From positions 2,046,001-2,110,000 of the forward strand of contig NW_026515669.1 of assembly GCF_025526975.1 (NCBI RefSeq): a stretch of 64,000 nt of DNA. The letters are read 5' to 3'. Below the pieces are notes generated by a model. That model ran no database searches and was not told the DNA's origin. It was given only the letters and a program-made list of their open reading frames with translations. The stretch's first letter is position 1. The number at the start of each line of letters is the position of its first letter. The position numbers were made by a program, and so were the translations under genes. This DNA is from Fimicolochytrium jonesii. Its lineage: Eukaryota. Positions 37,290 to 50,900 of the stretch are shown in pieces.

Positions 37290-38865
37290 GTCTATTCGCC
37301 TTTATTGATTACCGGGCGAAGTCCTGGTCTAAGCGATTCCAGGTCTTCTCTCTGTGTAGGGAGGTGTAATCAACACTTGAAATCACTTGCATCGTCCCCG
37401 CGATTGTCCCGAGCAGACCATTGCAGAAGAGATCTTGCAGAGGTGGTAAGAGTGGGTCGGATTGAGTTCGGGCTATTCGTGTTCATATTTCTGATATAAG
37501 TGACAGCGTCACCTCCTTCGATCGGGAGCACTTTGTTTCCGCCGATACCGCAATCGAATGCGGAGTATTCATGGTTTCACAGGAGGTTAGATCGCCGGAT
37601 TTGAATCTCATCCGGTGCTCCATGATGCCCACGACTCCAGCCTCCTTTTTTTGTTGATAATGTGGGAGGCGATTTTGGAGTCCGTTCCGTTCTAAGCTTC
37701 CATACACTGCTCATTCGCGCAGCTATCGGCCTGCGCATTCATATGTTGACAGTCAAACACAATAAACGAAGCCCCCGCTCTTGACCATTGTCGCCAGCAA
37801 CCTGTTCGGGACGGGAACGCTATGGACGGGCGCACGGTCTCGTTCCATTGGGGCTGTTGACTCGCGTTGGCAGAGCCAAGGAACACGTCAGAGCTGTCAA
37901 CATTGCTGCCAAAACGGCCTGAGTTACGCCAACGCACATAGAGAACCCGACTGCAGAAATGTTGGAGATCCGAGGACACTTGCATCTGGTCATCCACATG
38001 TCAGAATATACTCTGGAGATACTGAAAACACTCGAAACCTGGCTTACCGCTATGAGGTTCCCACGTCGGACAGAAGGGTCCGAGGCAGACATCGCTCTGT
38101 CAAGGCCGACACATGGCACATGTCAGGAACCACAATTGCACGACAGCTCAAGGGGATCCGAAGCCTTGCTCGTACTCGGGGATTCCACCGTACCATTCCC
38201 ACATTGAAGCACTTCCTCCGTCCCGCTTCCCCAGGCTCTGCGGTGACTGCAACGAAGGGCACCACCCCACAGCCGAAGACTGGCTTGGGATCAGAGCGAG
38301 CGGGATCATTTCGCTTTTGATAAGTCTGGAGGTTCCGCCGGGGCAGGCTCCGGGTTTGGAGGCTAGAGACCGAATATGGCTCTAAAGGATAATCACACCA
38401 CACCCGACGAGATCTCATCATTCCACCCCGCGCCATTGCCGGCGGAGCCTGGCGGCCGAATCCACCGTCCACTTGCCGCTCGGCCAACCGCTTTTGATGT
38501 ATATCGGCCTATGTTTGTCGGAAGTGGTACTTTCACTTTCCAAAGTTGCATTGGGTCAACAGTGCGCTGTTGAATGGTTTTGGCCTTACAAAAAGGGTAT
38601 GCGAGGGTCATAGATGAAAGCAAAACCGGCAACGTCGCAAGCCTGCCCGACGAAAATAACTAATGGGGCCACCTTCGGCTCCCGTTTTCCTGCGTCGCAG
38701 GGCCGATGAGTGGGCGTGCCCGAGTTTCGGCGCCGAGGGCCTGGTCTGACATATTTGCCATGGTCAACTTACATTTCGAATGAGTGCACAGGGAAGGCGG
38801 GGCCCAAGCGGCGCTGCAGAGTCAGGTGTAGGGCCTACGAAGAGTCTCCAGATGGGACATCGGTC

Positions 38866-41761
38866 TCACCCGCGTTGGGCTTCCAACGCGTCCTTCACTG
38901 TATTAGAAGTCGTTCGCACTAGGTAGTCGCTCCCTACATTGTCATAATCGAGCGGCCAGACGATATCTCTCGGGATGCTCTTGCGTAGAACATCCCGTGC
39001 GTCGGCAGTGAAGATGACCCCATCTGCAGATGTTCCCCCGGGTTGCGATCGCTGCAAGGCCAGGAAAAGGCCCTCGGTGTTGGCTTCGAGCCGTACAAGC
39101 TTAGCGAAGCCAGGCAGCCCGTCGCTCTGCTCAATCCCCACCACTGCCCCAATGGGCGGGATGACGTAGCGAGGGGAAGAAGCGCCTTCTGTCCCTTTGT
39201 TGAAACCGAGAACAGCCCTCTTAAATGTGTCCGTCGCAAAGTCCACAGCTTTGCGTTTCCGCTCGATAGAGCCCGCGTCGTTGTACACGAGCTGCTGCAT
39301 TCTGATCCGTTCAGAGGAACGTCGTAATGTCAGCCAGCAGTCCTTCGATGTGCATCACATACATCACATACATCACATACCTGACGGTGTGCCGCATCGC
39401 ACGGCTAGCCGATTCTCTCAGGCGCTGATGGTCCAACCCGTCCGAAGATTCCACGAAAGTAGCGAAAGCATGTCGCAAAGCATTCGGCCCAACATGCGGA
39501 ATGCCCGAATGCTTCTCCACAAGACCGGAGATATACGCAGTCCATTGACTGGCATCATCGAATGCGTCCCCACTGCGCTTGCAGAATAGCAATCCATGAT
39601 CTTTACCGCACGTCGTAAGTTGGCGAACATCCGCACGCATGAGCCACAGAAGATATTTCAATAGAACTTCCTCATCCTTTGGCAGTTCTATTTTATCTTG
39701 CATGCCGTTCGATAATCTGTTTTTATAATCACTGAAGATGGGGCGTCGGTGTGCCTTCTTGTAAGTAATCAACTATTCAAACCTTCTGCAAAATTCACAT
39801 TCACAGCCACATTCACGTCTCACCTCATGACTGCAACATAACGCCCATGAGAGGTAGTTATATGGTTTTGCGATGACCCCCGACTCTCGGACTCGGGTAA
39901 GATGCAGCCCCAGAGCAGTCGGACTTCTTTCGACCTTGCAGGTGGCAACGCCGTGTATAACGACAACGCAACGAATGCCTGAGCTTCGGCAGCCAAAGCT
40001 TTAATAGGCTCATCCGAGGTCGCACCCCATAGTTCCAGCAGCGCCCGATATTGACGGTGAACGGCTTCGAGGACCTGGAAGAGCATATTGTCATCACATA
40101 CGCGCCAATATGCCAGACCCGCCAATACGCCAACGTTGACAAATGTTTCAACAATCTGGAAACGAACCTGTTCCCAGATGACAATGCCCCGAGGTTCAGA
40201 GTATTTCTCATCGTTCCTTTCCCTTTCCGCTAAGGTCTGTAAATTGTTACGAGCTCGCATCAACTTGCGGATCTTCAAGTTCGCTTCAGCTCCGCTACCG
40301 GATGCCTCTTCTGTTGTGCCGCGGTATCGCAACACGTCGAGGGCGCTACTCAGATGATTGCCTTTACTACCAGCGCTCAGACCTCTGACACGGCCGAGAT
40401 ATCCGTCTACATACTTTTCCTACCGCAATGAGACATTAGCGGTGAGTGCGACAACAGAGGATGTGGAAATGGCGTCAGAGGATCTCTCACCAAGAACAGG
40501 TCAACGTCTTCGAAATTCTCAAAGGATGGAGTTCGACAACGTCCCGACGCTTTCAGCCATCCTAGGAAACCGCAAATCCTTTCGCGCGATTTGGCGATCG
40601 TTTGTTCATTCCGAGGGTGAGCGTGGCCCCGCCTGAAATCGTGCGAGGCACTGAAAAATGCACGCAGATTGTGGAACTCCACGTGATTCAGCGGCGTCAT
40701 GTCGAAAGTCTGCAGTGTGTAGCATTTGAAACGGACCACGCTCTTGATGCCGCGGGATAAGTCGTCCCCATCCACGTCTGGCATAACGTCTCTCGGCCGT
40801 ATGGGTGGAGGAACCGATGGCGATCGACCAGAATCGTACGCGAGGGTAGGAAGGACCTCGTTTTGCGAGTTGACGCCGACGAAATCTCGCTGCTCATTGC
40901 TTGGAGTAGGTGGAAGGGGATTCCTATTCTCTGAAGGATTGCCGGGCGAGTCCGCTGCCCTCCGCCGCTCGGTCTCAGGGGTAGATGGCGGAGTGACATT
41001 TCGTAGCACCGCCCTTGACGTTGGAGTGTGGGGTACATCAACGTCAACCCGTTGATTTAGACTCGCATCACTGGCAGGTCTCGGCGAAGACACCTCATAT
41101 CTTTCCTCGGCTTCGTTGGATCTCTCATCGCCGCGACTCCGTGGATAGGCAGTGTGCGCCTCATCCATTTCGGCGTGATGAACTGATTGAGAAAAGGGAA
41201 AGTGAAGAAATAACATCAATTCTGAGTCAGTTTCGGTGCCACTTGAGCGACTCCGATTGATTTCGTATATTGCTATCGGATATCGAAGCTGCAAACTGGC
41301 CAGGGAGGGGATGGCATTTCCAACGCCGATTGGAATCGATGCAATTGTTACTCACCGGACGCCCGCGGCAAAGTCGCGCTATCGAGGGCCGTCAAAGTTT
41401 CTCCTTCCTGTTCTGTTGTATGCGTCCGCTGAGGAGGACCCTCCAGAAATCGATCGTCCGTATAGCCAATATCTCGAAGAAGCTTCCCTAGCGCAGCCTG
41501 CTGTACGAACGCCAGGTGGGAGGCCGTCGTACCGTAGGCCAACACCGCCTTGAACTCTCTCAGTTCCGCCCCAGTCAGAATCAGCACCGGGGCCTCAGAC
41601 TTCCTCCTGTTCAGCATGCCACGGATTCTTCCATACGCGACTCCTAGCGCGGAGCAGGCATCTTTGAGAAGCAAAAAGGTAGTGCCTGAACGTTCGTCTG
41701 TAGAAAGATCAATTAGTCGTTTCTCCAGGGTTCCCACGGCAAGGTGCGGATCTAATTCCAA
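38866..41761 (-). CDS. Tyrosine recombinase, spliced and apparently intact (may extend further upstream toward ~43 kb)
   Basis: Removing introns 41355-41183, 40490-40420, 40167-40075, 39823-39732 and 39380-39302 gives one open frame. It contains PPARSKE (R), SDYKN (K), PNALRHAFAT (xxLRH box), AMRHT (H) and MQQLVYND (catalytic Y). Confidence 0.85.
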
Positions 41762-44035
41762 CCTTTCAGTACAGGGACTGCAACATCGCCGACCCGCTTG
41801 CGCCAGATGAGCAGCGATGACGGGTACGCGGGCAGCTGTAAGCTCATCCTCGTCGGATTTCCACCTTCAATATACTAAGACACGGCGGCGAACGATGAAA
41901 AATCAGCTGCTCCCCCGGGGGGACGCGAGATGCCGCTCAATTTATGCTCGCTGGTGAGACGAGTCCTTGGCAACCAGACACGTGATGCGTAACCCTTCCA
42001 CCACAAACTTTCCACATGATTCACACCCTAATCGCAAACGGACTGAATGTCATATCGGAACCTCGACGTCAGCTCGAAAAGGCGCTGGCGTACAGCAAGT
42101 GAGCCCGAGGTCATCAGGGGGTCGAATTGAACATGCTGCTTGAATTCTGACGTGCCGCTGAGAACAAACTTTTTCAGCACAGCACCGAATGTTGTCCTCA
42201 CATATGAAGATCCTCGCACCTGTACGCCTACATCGAGAAGGGTCTCATCGTCAAAGCAGCACCTTCACACATCACTCTCGGCAGCGCTGAGGAAGAGACC
42301 CGGGATATCCAAACAGCGTACGGCGAAGTGGACCACTTGCTCTTGCAACCTGTAGCGTCAAGAAGCGTTCGTTCCTAGTTCGGTCACTTCCTCGGCGGCT
42401 GCATGCGTGGCTTGTCGTTCTTGTCAAAGTTCATCAAATATCCCTCCTGCTACCGTGGTGTTGGCATCAAAGAGCATGGGTGCGAATCGATGCTTCGAAC
42501 CATTTGCATGTGTCTCAATATATCGCATATACATTCCGTTTGCGACGGCGGCTGCAGTCTGCTAGGCGCAGTTATCGGCGGGAACAATTTGTGGTGGTGT
42601 TCGCCATGCGTTTTTCGAACTTCCTGCTGAATCCCGGTCCGCGATAGTGATATCAGCATTGTCTGTTCTGACGACAAAGAAAGGTGGCTCTAGTTGTGAG
42701 CAAAGGCGTACGTTGGAAACCCTATGCCTAACCATGCCCAGGATCGTTGATCGCTTCCCGATATAACAATCAAGCTGGCCGCAAGGTGCCGCCTCGGGTG
42801 TGGGTGCTGAATACGAAAACTGGTTAAACTGATCATCCCGAGCGGGTTGTTTGGAGCCAAAGTCCACTGAAGCTCACTTACACTGCGCTCCTTCCGGGCC
42901 CGTCGTAGCGTATCATCATAGTCCACTCTAACTTCGAGGCAGACATCAGTGTGTTGGTTAAAGATGGTAAGCTCCATGTCCGATCGCTGGCAACGCTTCA
43001 TCCTTGCAGAGGAAGCTAGCACTGTTATCGCGTCTCCCAAATAGCTCCCTGTGAGACAACACACGCGTCACAATGGATGTCCCGTTCCTAGATGCCTAGC
43101 CGCCGCACGCTGTGTGCATTGTCTAGAGTTTCAGCGACAGAGACGCCTAAAGGTCATCCTTCTGGCGCGACCTCGAAGGTTGTATGTTTTATTACGAATC
43201 GTTTATATAACGAATCGTTGACTCGGCCGAATCCCTGAACTTCGGGTTACAAGTTTACTACCGAGAGGCCACGTCCTCTTGCTGTTTGTTGCGTCGGTCC
43301 GTCAGGGTAATAGTGGGATGTCACTCGCAGCTGGACGGCGGAAGCCTTCCACCTAAGCGATCATTGAAACCCTCTCGACGTGACCGAACAGCCAGATCGG
43401 AGGTGCGATCGCGATTACAGTCGGGTGGTACTCAACTCAAGTGCACCTCCCAAATTCTAGCAAAGAGTACACACGTCGCGCGTGCCGTTCCATTCACCAC
43501 CGCCGTTGTAACAGCACAAATCGCTTTCCCTGCCTTTGCTCGCATATCGCTCCTTCTCACACCGAAAACTACAAAGCGACGCTAGAGCCCCCTTTCACCG
43601 CGCTGTTTCACTACTAGTTCGCTCACGTTATCAAGCGTCAAGCGTCAAGGTCAACTCTGGAGCCTTTCAGCCTTCTCCCATTTCTCAGCGAGCCGAGCCG
43701 CTATCGAGCTTAGAGATAGATATGAAGCCGAGGGTTCGAGTTTAATGAGATATAGCTTTCGGGTGGCCATCGTCGATGACGACTGCGTTTACGTCGACCT
43801 GTTACCATATTCGGTACTTCCCCGTTCGTTGACCCGTATCATTGTTGCCTGGGAATATGGCACTTGAAACAGAACCCAGAAGTTCTTCGCCAAGCACTTG
43901 CCCGGTATCTGGGAATTAAGTCCTGCTGGAGGATATAGTTTCCGATGCGAAAGAGCTTACACTTGCGATGGGCGTTGCGACTTTACGGCTTAGTGAGAAG
44001 CCCTGATCTTTCACAAGCGCGACCTCGGGATGGGA

Positions 44036-44310
44036 AGTTACCCGATTACCAGATAGCTGGTAACTTTGCTGGTAACTTCGGCACACGAAAGCATGAAGAT
44101 TGTAGGGTAGGGTGGAGCATCTGGTAATCTGGTACTTTCATTTCAAGATTTTGATCTGAAAATTTGAAAGAGAGGGAAACTGTTTTCATTTCTCACTGTC
44201 ACATCTGGAGAAGAGAAAGGTGTTCCGAAGATACCAGATATACCAGCTGGTCACCACGCAATCGATTTCCGATGGATGCCTTCGATTCTTTCGCGCGGGG
44301 AAGTTACCAG
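44036..44310. repeat. Cluster of TACCAG/CTGGTA motifs in both orientations (iteron-like)
   Basis: About eight copies, near 44047, 44057, 44069, 44121, 44129, 44232, 44241 and 44305. AAGTTACCCGATTACCAGAT (44036-44055) is nearly the reverse complement of ATCTGGTAATCTGGTACTT (44119-44137). Confidence 0.6.
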
Positions 44311-45293
44311 ACCAAGATACCCGGAAGTGGAAGATATGGTATTCTCATATGGTTTCGTTCGGCGAACTATTTCTTGATTGGATTTTTGCCCATGAATCAT
44401 CGGCCTTTACTGAGATCTTCCCATAGCAAGCCCAATAGTCTGAAGAATCTTCCCTTGGTCCCGACATCGCAGAGCTTTACTACGTCTCGGTCAGAGAACA
44501 GTCAAGCGATCCATCTTCATCTCGAATCGGCGTATCCCATCTTTCAAACGCACAGCGTCGACTGCAGGGGTTCACCAGACTGCTACAGCACAGTAGAAGT
44601 TTGCCATATATGTATGACAGAGCCCTTATCAGATGTATGCCCAGCTTTGGGGAACCATACTTTCAATCGTCACCGAGGAAGTGGGAGTCCGGCTTCAGAG
44701 AGCCTCGGACGTTTCGCTTAGGCGTTAGGTTTTACTCTGCTACCTGTAAACAGAGTGCCACATCTCAAATGAATTATTCACGCTTCCCCGTATTTTACCA
44801 TATGGCGGTTCCCTCTCTCACCGTTGGACGCAGAATCAACCGTGTGGTGGCTCCGCCGAGTGATGGGACCTGACGCCGAGCAAGCTTCAACGTTGGTGGA
44901 CATCTGCGATGATCCCTGACGCTGCTGAGGCACCGCACTGTTCCACCATCCAAGGTTGATGGGGGTTACCAATCAAGGCCACCTCCCGACTCGCACAACG
45001 ATGGGTAGTGCGGAAAACACAAATGCTATACATTGTATTGCGACAACTGGGTACATATGTGGGAACCCATCACAATCAAAACAGAAGGATAACGAAAGGT
45101 ACGATTACACAGAAGGGGGGTGAACGGTACTGATGGAAACATGGCTGACTTTGTACAAGGAAAACAATGAACACCAACTCTGGCCGACAACTGAACCAAA
45201 AAACGAAGTTGCAAATCAGGGTGTGGGGCGAGGGGGACAGCGTAAGGGTAACGGGGGATGATGCCAGGGTATCGGGGTCGAAATGTCCGGGTA

Positions 45294-46509
45294 TCAGGGG
45301 GGAGAGGCACGAGCGAGCTGACGATTGGGGGTGGGATGCCACTCGCACGAGCCCATAGGGTCGGGAATGGGACAACGACAAACCACCCAATTGTAGATAT
45401 AAGCCGTAAATCCGATCGTTTTGTAGTATTTGACGGGATGGGTGTCCGCAAAGTCATGGCCGTCACCGCCCCGTTTGTGGAGGTATTCGAGAAAGTGGTC
45501 GCAAATCCTTCCGGCCTTCTGCAGCACAATTCCATCATTTTCTCTGATGGACTTGATGTGGGCGAACAGAACCTCGCCCAGCTGCTTCTTGACCGTTAAA
45601 CGCGGGAGAGTATCGCCGGACTTCCTGCGCAATGCTGCGTCGATTGCAGCCTGCGGAGGGGGGATTACCCATTCCTTCTCCAAGACATCCTCAAGGAAGG
45701 CCACAAATTCGGAGACCGTGAAGCCTTCGAAGGTGTACTCCTCATCCTGCTCCTTTTTCTTCCCCTGATGAGCAAGATACTGTGTATCAGCCATGATTGA
45801 CTTGCAATCGGACTGCAACGAGTGCGTGTGCGTTCGGATGGCTCCGAGGTGGTCGTTGGTGGCCCGAGTCGAATCGGCTAGGCTTTTGACGGCGGTGACG
45901 ATCTTCCTCTCGCTGCCCTCGACATGCTTCTTATAACTTTCGAGCTGCTTCGCCGTCACCTCCGAAAAGCTTTCGAGGAGTCCTTGCGCGAACTGTTTCA
46001 AGGGCTCCAAGGAATCGTTCTGCTGGCGAAACGGAAAACCCCAGGAAAAGAGAAGACGATCGAATCAGAGAAGTTAAGGCTAGACACAATCTGTTTCCAC
46101 CCTCACTTACGGTGACACTATCGTTTGAGGCGAGCTTCGCCCGCTTCACCGCCTTGCTGTTACTGCGGGCTGAGGGAGCCTTGGAACTACCGATCGGATG
46201 TTCTGGAGTGCTGTTCTCCTTACCCCCATTGGGTAAGTGCAGGGTGTTGTCGGTAGGGGAGGCGTCGCCGGTTGTCGGAACAATGTTCAAGCTGACCGGG
46301 AGGAGGTGGGTGCTTGTCGGCGACGTGACGACGGCGACATCGTCGAGAGTGATGGTCGGGGAGGTTCTGTGAGTCATCGTGAATGCGACGCGTTTCTGAG
46401 ATTTAGATTTCGGAGATGTCAAGTCGCACAGGCGTGTCGTTTGTATCGCTTCAAAATCATCATTTGTACCTCTATTTATAGACGCGCCGGACATAGTGGC
46501 AACCTGCAT
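45294..46509 (-). CDS. Two-exon hypothetical protein: disordered N-terminus, coiled coil, Cys/His-containing C-terminus
   Basis: Intron GTAAGT...CAG at 46110-46020 joins ORF 45931-46509 in frame to ORF 45294-46010 (..NDSVT|NDSLEPLKQ..). Confidence 0.65.
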
Positions 46510-47520
46510 CGCCGTTTGGATGAGTCACAACACGCGTGCGTACTTTTGCGTCGGTTTCGGTCGGACATGATGTCCGAAAAATTCACACAAGCCACATCGA
46601 CTGGCTGGTAAGCCACCTACTCTGTGGCTAAGCCACTTCATGACGTTGCTAAGCCACTCCGAAGCGTCGCGGATCCGCCGGACAGGCTCTCTGGCAGCTG
46701 TAAGCTCGTACGGAATGTTGACCGCCTGTTAAATATGCAAACGGCCATAGGGTGAAAGACATGTTAAAGTCCTAACATGAAAGAAAGAGTAAGGCAAGAA
46801 GGGACAAACGTCGAGATCACGCTCATATTCGCACGAAACGGGTGCATACTTCTGGAGTGTTCAAGCTGTTCCCAGGCATTCTTCATGCTTGTCCTGTTGA
46901 GAAAGATAACTTTTACAACCCTGTGCGTCGTATAGTGATGTCCAGCAGCCCAAAAAGCGGCCGGCTGCCTACGGGGGGGGGGGGGGGTCTCCCGGACCCT
47001 CTTCGACAGGGGTTGCGCGCCGAGAAGGCGCCCCTTCCCAGAGAATGAAAGCCACCATCTCAGCCTCTCAACGGGCGGGCTCAAAGCAGGAATCCGTGCA
47101 GCCTACGGTTATCATGAGAAACAGTTGTGTCCGGTGGCAAAAATGGGCTTTCATTGCCTGACAAGTGGAAGTCGTTCTCCGCCGAAGGTGATGGTAACTT
47201 CACCTCATGTTGTTGCTTTGGTGGTGGTTTCGTTGTTTTTTTTTTGGTCTTGATGTTGATAACATGAACGTCCATGCTTTCCATGCTCTTGGTGATGTGG
47301 TTGTGGTGTCCTAGATAATATGTGATCATACCCGGACTCCATCCGCTGTATGGTTTGCTGCTGCAAGCGGTATTCGAGATTCACAGTCCAGCGGCCATAG
47401 GAGCGCTCTCCGGAGCTATCAGTCGATCTGCCGTCAATTCGGACGGACTCTCCGGGTGACTTCAAAGGAACCACCAACCGAGCATTGCCTCCCACGATGT
47501 TAGATACATTGATGTTCTTC

Positions 47521-47811
47521 TGTTATGTTGCGATTCAGTGCAACATACAGAACGTAACATCTGCTCAGGAATTCACATTCACGCACGAGGAGTGCAGATT
47601 TCTAATCTAGATTGGTGTTTTCTTTAGTTATTTTGTTATGTAGAAGTTGAGAACTAGAGGTCTATAGGGATTCCATAGATACCATGAGAGTCCTCACCAT
47701 AAGCGAGCCAAAGGTTTGGAAACCATCATAACAAAATAACATTTTGACCAGGAGAGGTTATCAACCCCAATTTACTTATTAACGGGTTGGATTTCAAGCA
47801 AACCGCTTGTT
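47521..47811 (+). repeat. Left copy of a ~290-bp inverted repeat; AT-rich, with internal TGTTATG/CATAACA motifs and a terminal palindrome
   Basis: Colinear with the reverse complement of 54956-55248; shared blocks include GAGGAGTGCAGA, AATCTAGATTGGTGTTTT, TCTATAGGGATTCCAT, GTCCTCACCATAAG and GGAAACCATCATAACAAAATAACAT. Confidence 0.95.
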
Positions 47812-47965
47812 ATGATTGTAAAACATAGCACAACAACAACCATAACAACATCGACAAACAACAACGTCAAAATCAGCATCAACATCAACAGCAACAGCAT
47901 CGTCACCGCCACGTCATCATTGTCATCATTGTCTTCATCACCACTGCATCATGTCGATGCTCCCG

Positions 47966-50900
47966 TTACTCCGTCCGCTTCAACGTCCAACCTAGAAGAA
48001 TCCGACCGGAGTTGTTGCAACTGCACCCTCCTTTGACTCGGTCCACTTTTTCTGGGACGTTCAGATTCATACCTTTGAGCTGCTTGGTGGTCTCCTTTGT
48101 AGATGGGCCGCGGAGCTTCTCGTCGTTATTCTCCCTATGCAGATGTTGTTCGAAGAGGTTGGCAACGCGGTGCGCGTGGATCTCTGCTTCAGCACTGGGC
48201 TCGAACGCCGAGTGGAACCAACTCGGAAATGGATTGTTCTCTGTCTTTTGCTCCTCAAGATTGGCGCTGACCTCCGCTGGTTCGGTGAGCTGTCGTCCTG
48301 TGGCGATGTGCTCCCGGTAGACTTCCATGAGCAGAAGGAGGAATTCGCCCGGCCACCGTTCCATCTTGGCACCAAGGTCAAAATCCACGAGCATTTCCTG
48401 GGGGCACTCCGGCCGCGGCGATTTCACAAACTTCACCTCAAAGAGGATAATCTTCAGACGTCGCCATAGCGCGTTCAAGTCAGTCCCCCCACCCGACATC
48501 TTCGGAATGTCATTGCACAGAAGTGTGGGTATAAACCGCGGGAGGAAAGACACGATTTTATTACTGTTACAATCCCGTGCGGATATGTGGTCGTTCCCAG
48601 AAAGGACCTTGATGAACGCACCGTTGGCTTTCTTCCCGGCCTCCAGTTCAGAGCAGAAGAGAGCTCTCTTGGTCGCGAGATCCACGAGATGTGGTGCTGG
48701 CCTTTGCGCGTCTGGCACTTCGTTGGTCAAGAAAGTAACCATCGGCTCCGCGAAAAGGAGGTGGGTGAAGACCATCTTGATGAACGACTTCAATTGAGAC
48801 TTCCCATTTCCTCCGCATCCGGTCCAAATCGTCGCGATCTGATGGGAGTTCTTTCCCTCTAGGCTCAAGGCCAGTGTCAGCAACAGGAATTTCCGAACCC
48901 CTTGGTTCGGCATGATCTGCTGGAAGAAACGAAGAATCTCAGCGCGAAGGACCGGGTCGGATCTGCCCGGTATGCTGTGGGGAAGCAAGTATGAAAGATA
49001 GTCCTCCTGGCGATGTTCCCGGAAACTTCCATCGCGCGAATCGAAGACGCCGTTCTGGAAACCGAGGAGGCAAGGGTTGCTATCAATCGGAACAGGAGGT
49101 TCGGTCGACTCTCGAAGCCGCTGTTCCAAATCGGCCATCACGTATTTCCTGCGGTTGCTGTTGCCGAGGTCCTCGACGATCATGTTCAACCATCGAATCT
49201 GCTTCCGGTCATTGTAGGAGTCGCGTAAAGAAGCGTACGTTCTGCTCACTTCTCTGGTCAAGAAGGCTCGCGGGGTTACTCCCTTGTTCCAGTACGAGCC
49301 TGTGAAACGATACCAGTTCTCGTCGATGAACGCGTACTTCCCTTTGATGGCCTCCTCGACATAGGCAGCAATGTCGTCGGTGCGGCCCATGGTCAAACTC
49401 TCGAAGCAGAGCTGGTCCAACCTTTCGTTGTCATGCGACCTCGGAAAGTCCGCCATGCGTCCAAAATCCCGGATATCTCCTTTACCATCATCGGTCGCGC
49501 AGTTCACGTTTATCACGTTGTTATTACCTTGGAAGAGAACGTTCGTCACGCTGCTCGGGACAGTCAACAATGGATGGCCGGGTGTGAAAAGGGTTCGGAG
49601 ACAGTGCAGGACGATTTTCCCAGTGGTGCTGCACTCGAGAAAGTTCTGAGGGTCTTCATGGTGCTTCTTGCACTTGATGCAGTAGAGGTCCCTCAACATG
49701 AGCCAAGCGCCCGATTCGTGGACTGCAGCTTGGTCTTCATCAAAGTCAAACTGATTTTGTGGATATTCTATTCGTAAACTGGCAAGCTCCTTGCCGATGA
49801 GATCGGCCCCGCTCCGTTTGTCCGCCTTCCACGCTAGTCCGCCATCGGTGGAACTTTTCAATACCCGACTGCGTAGAGCGTCCAAACTCTCGCATATTGG
49901 TTGTGGGATGGTATCGTATGTGATTCTTGAGCTCCGGGTGCCGCAGCCCTCGTCGTGACAGCGTATTTCGAGGGAGGTCCTATGGAGCAAGAAGTAGACG
50001 TGGTTCGCCTTGTGCTGACCTCGTTTGAAAGGACACGCCCGATCTCGAGTAGGAATGATAACCCCAACGTTTTCCTCCACCCTCTTCCCTTCCCCCTTCC
50101 GTTTGCCGGGCCCGGGGATGCGCCTGCTCTGGTCGATACATACGTTATTCCCGTCTGACAGGGAGAACTCCGTAGCTAGCCATTGCTTCAGTCCATCGTC
50201 TGTGACGTGGTCCCCGCTTGAGTTCGCCACGCTACCAGCCGCGTCAGCCAGCTCGGCTGTGTTCCGGAATTTCCCCGATGTCCGTGTGACGTCCGAGGTT
50301 CCCGTCGTCCGCTTTGTCGCCAGGCCAAGTGCGGCTTTCGCAGCGGGGCAGAGGGGTGTTACGCTGGGAACGGGTTCCGGGATGATACTGTAGTCGTCCA
50401 GATCTTCCCTGCAAATGCGCCGCCTGACGAATGTTGCGCTGTCCACGGGTTCGTAGGCGTAACGAAAAGTTCCTTTACCGAAGCGCATCTCGTATTTCTC
50501 CACGTCCCCGAGGTCCAGGCAATCCCCTTTGTGACATCCGAGGAGTCGCAGCCCCTGTCCGTTATAAACCGAGGTGTCGAGCCATTCCTTCTCCATCCCT
50601 GCTTTCAGACAGCCCTTCTCCAGCAGCCGCTTGCGCAAACGTTCACAAAAGCTTCTCGCGATGTCCTTGGTCACAGTGATGTCCGGACAGTTTACGTGAA
50701 TCTTTTGCATGCATCCCTGCGAGATAAGTAGACAAGTCCCGGCAAAGCCTACCCCATAGGAGGCAATGACTTCCGCTCTGATTCCCTGCACCACCTGCCG
50801 ATTACTTTGCAGGACCTCTTCGTCCGTTCCCACTTCGGAAACCTGAACATCCCAATCGAAGAACAGTCGGAACAGTCCATCCTGTGGTACGCGCTCGCAC

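Noticed and set aside
37055..37369. ORF with RVRVRV/GLGLGL repeats
   Set aside because: It is a translation of the TTAGGG tract, not a gene.
37483..38632. Possible C2-domain gene (QPQWNETV)
   Set aside because: One short motif only; I could not build a consistent exon chain.
43194..43219. ACGAATCGTT-TATATA-ACGAATCGTT repeat/near-palindrome as a recombination site
   Set aside because: Single short occurrence with no partner in the window; it may simply be promoter sequence.
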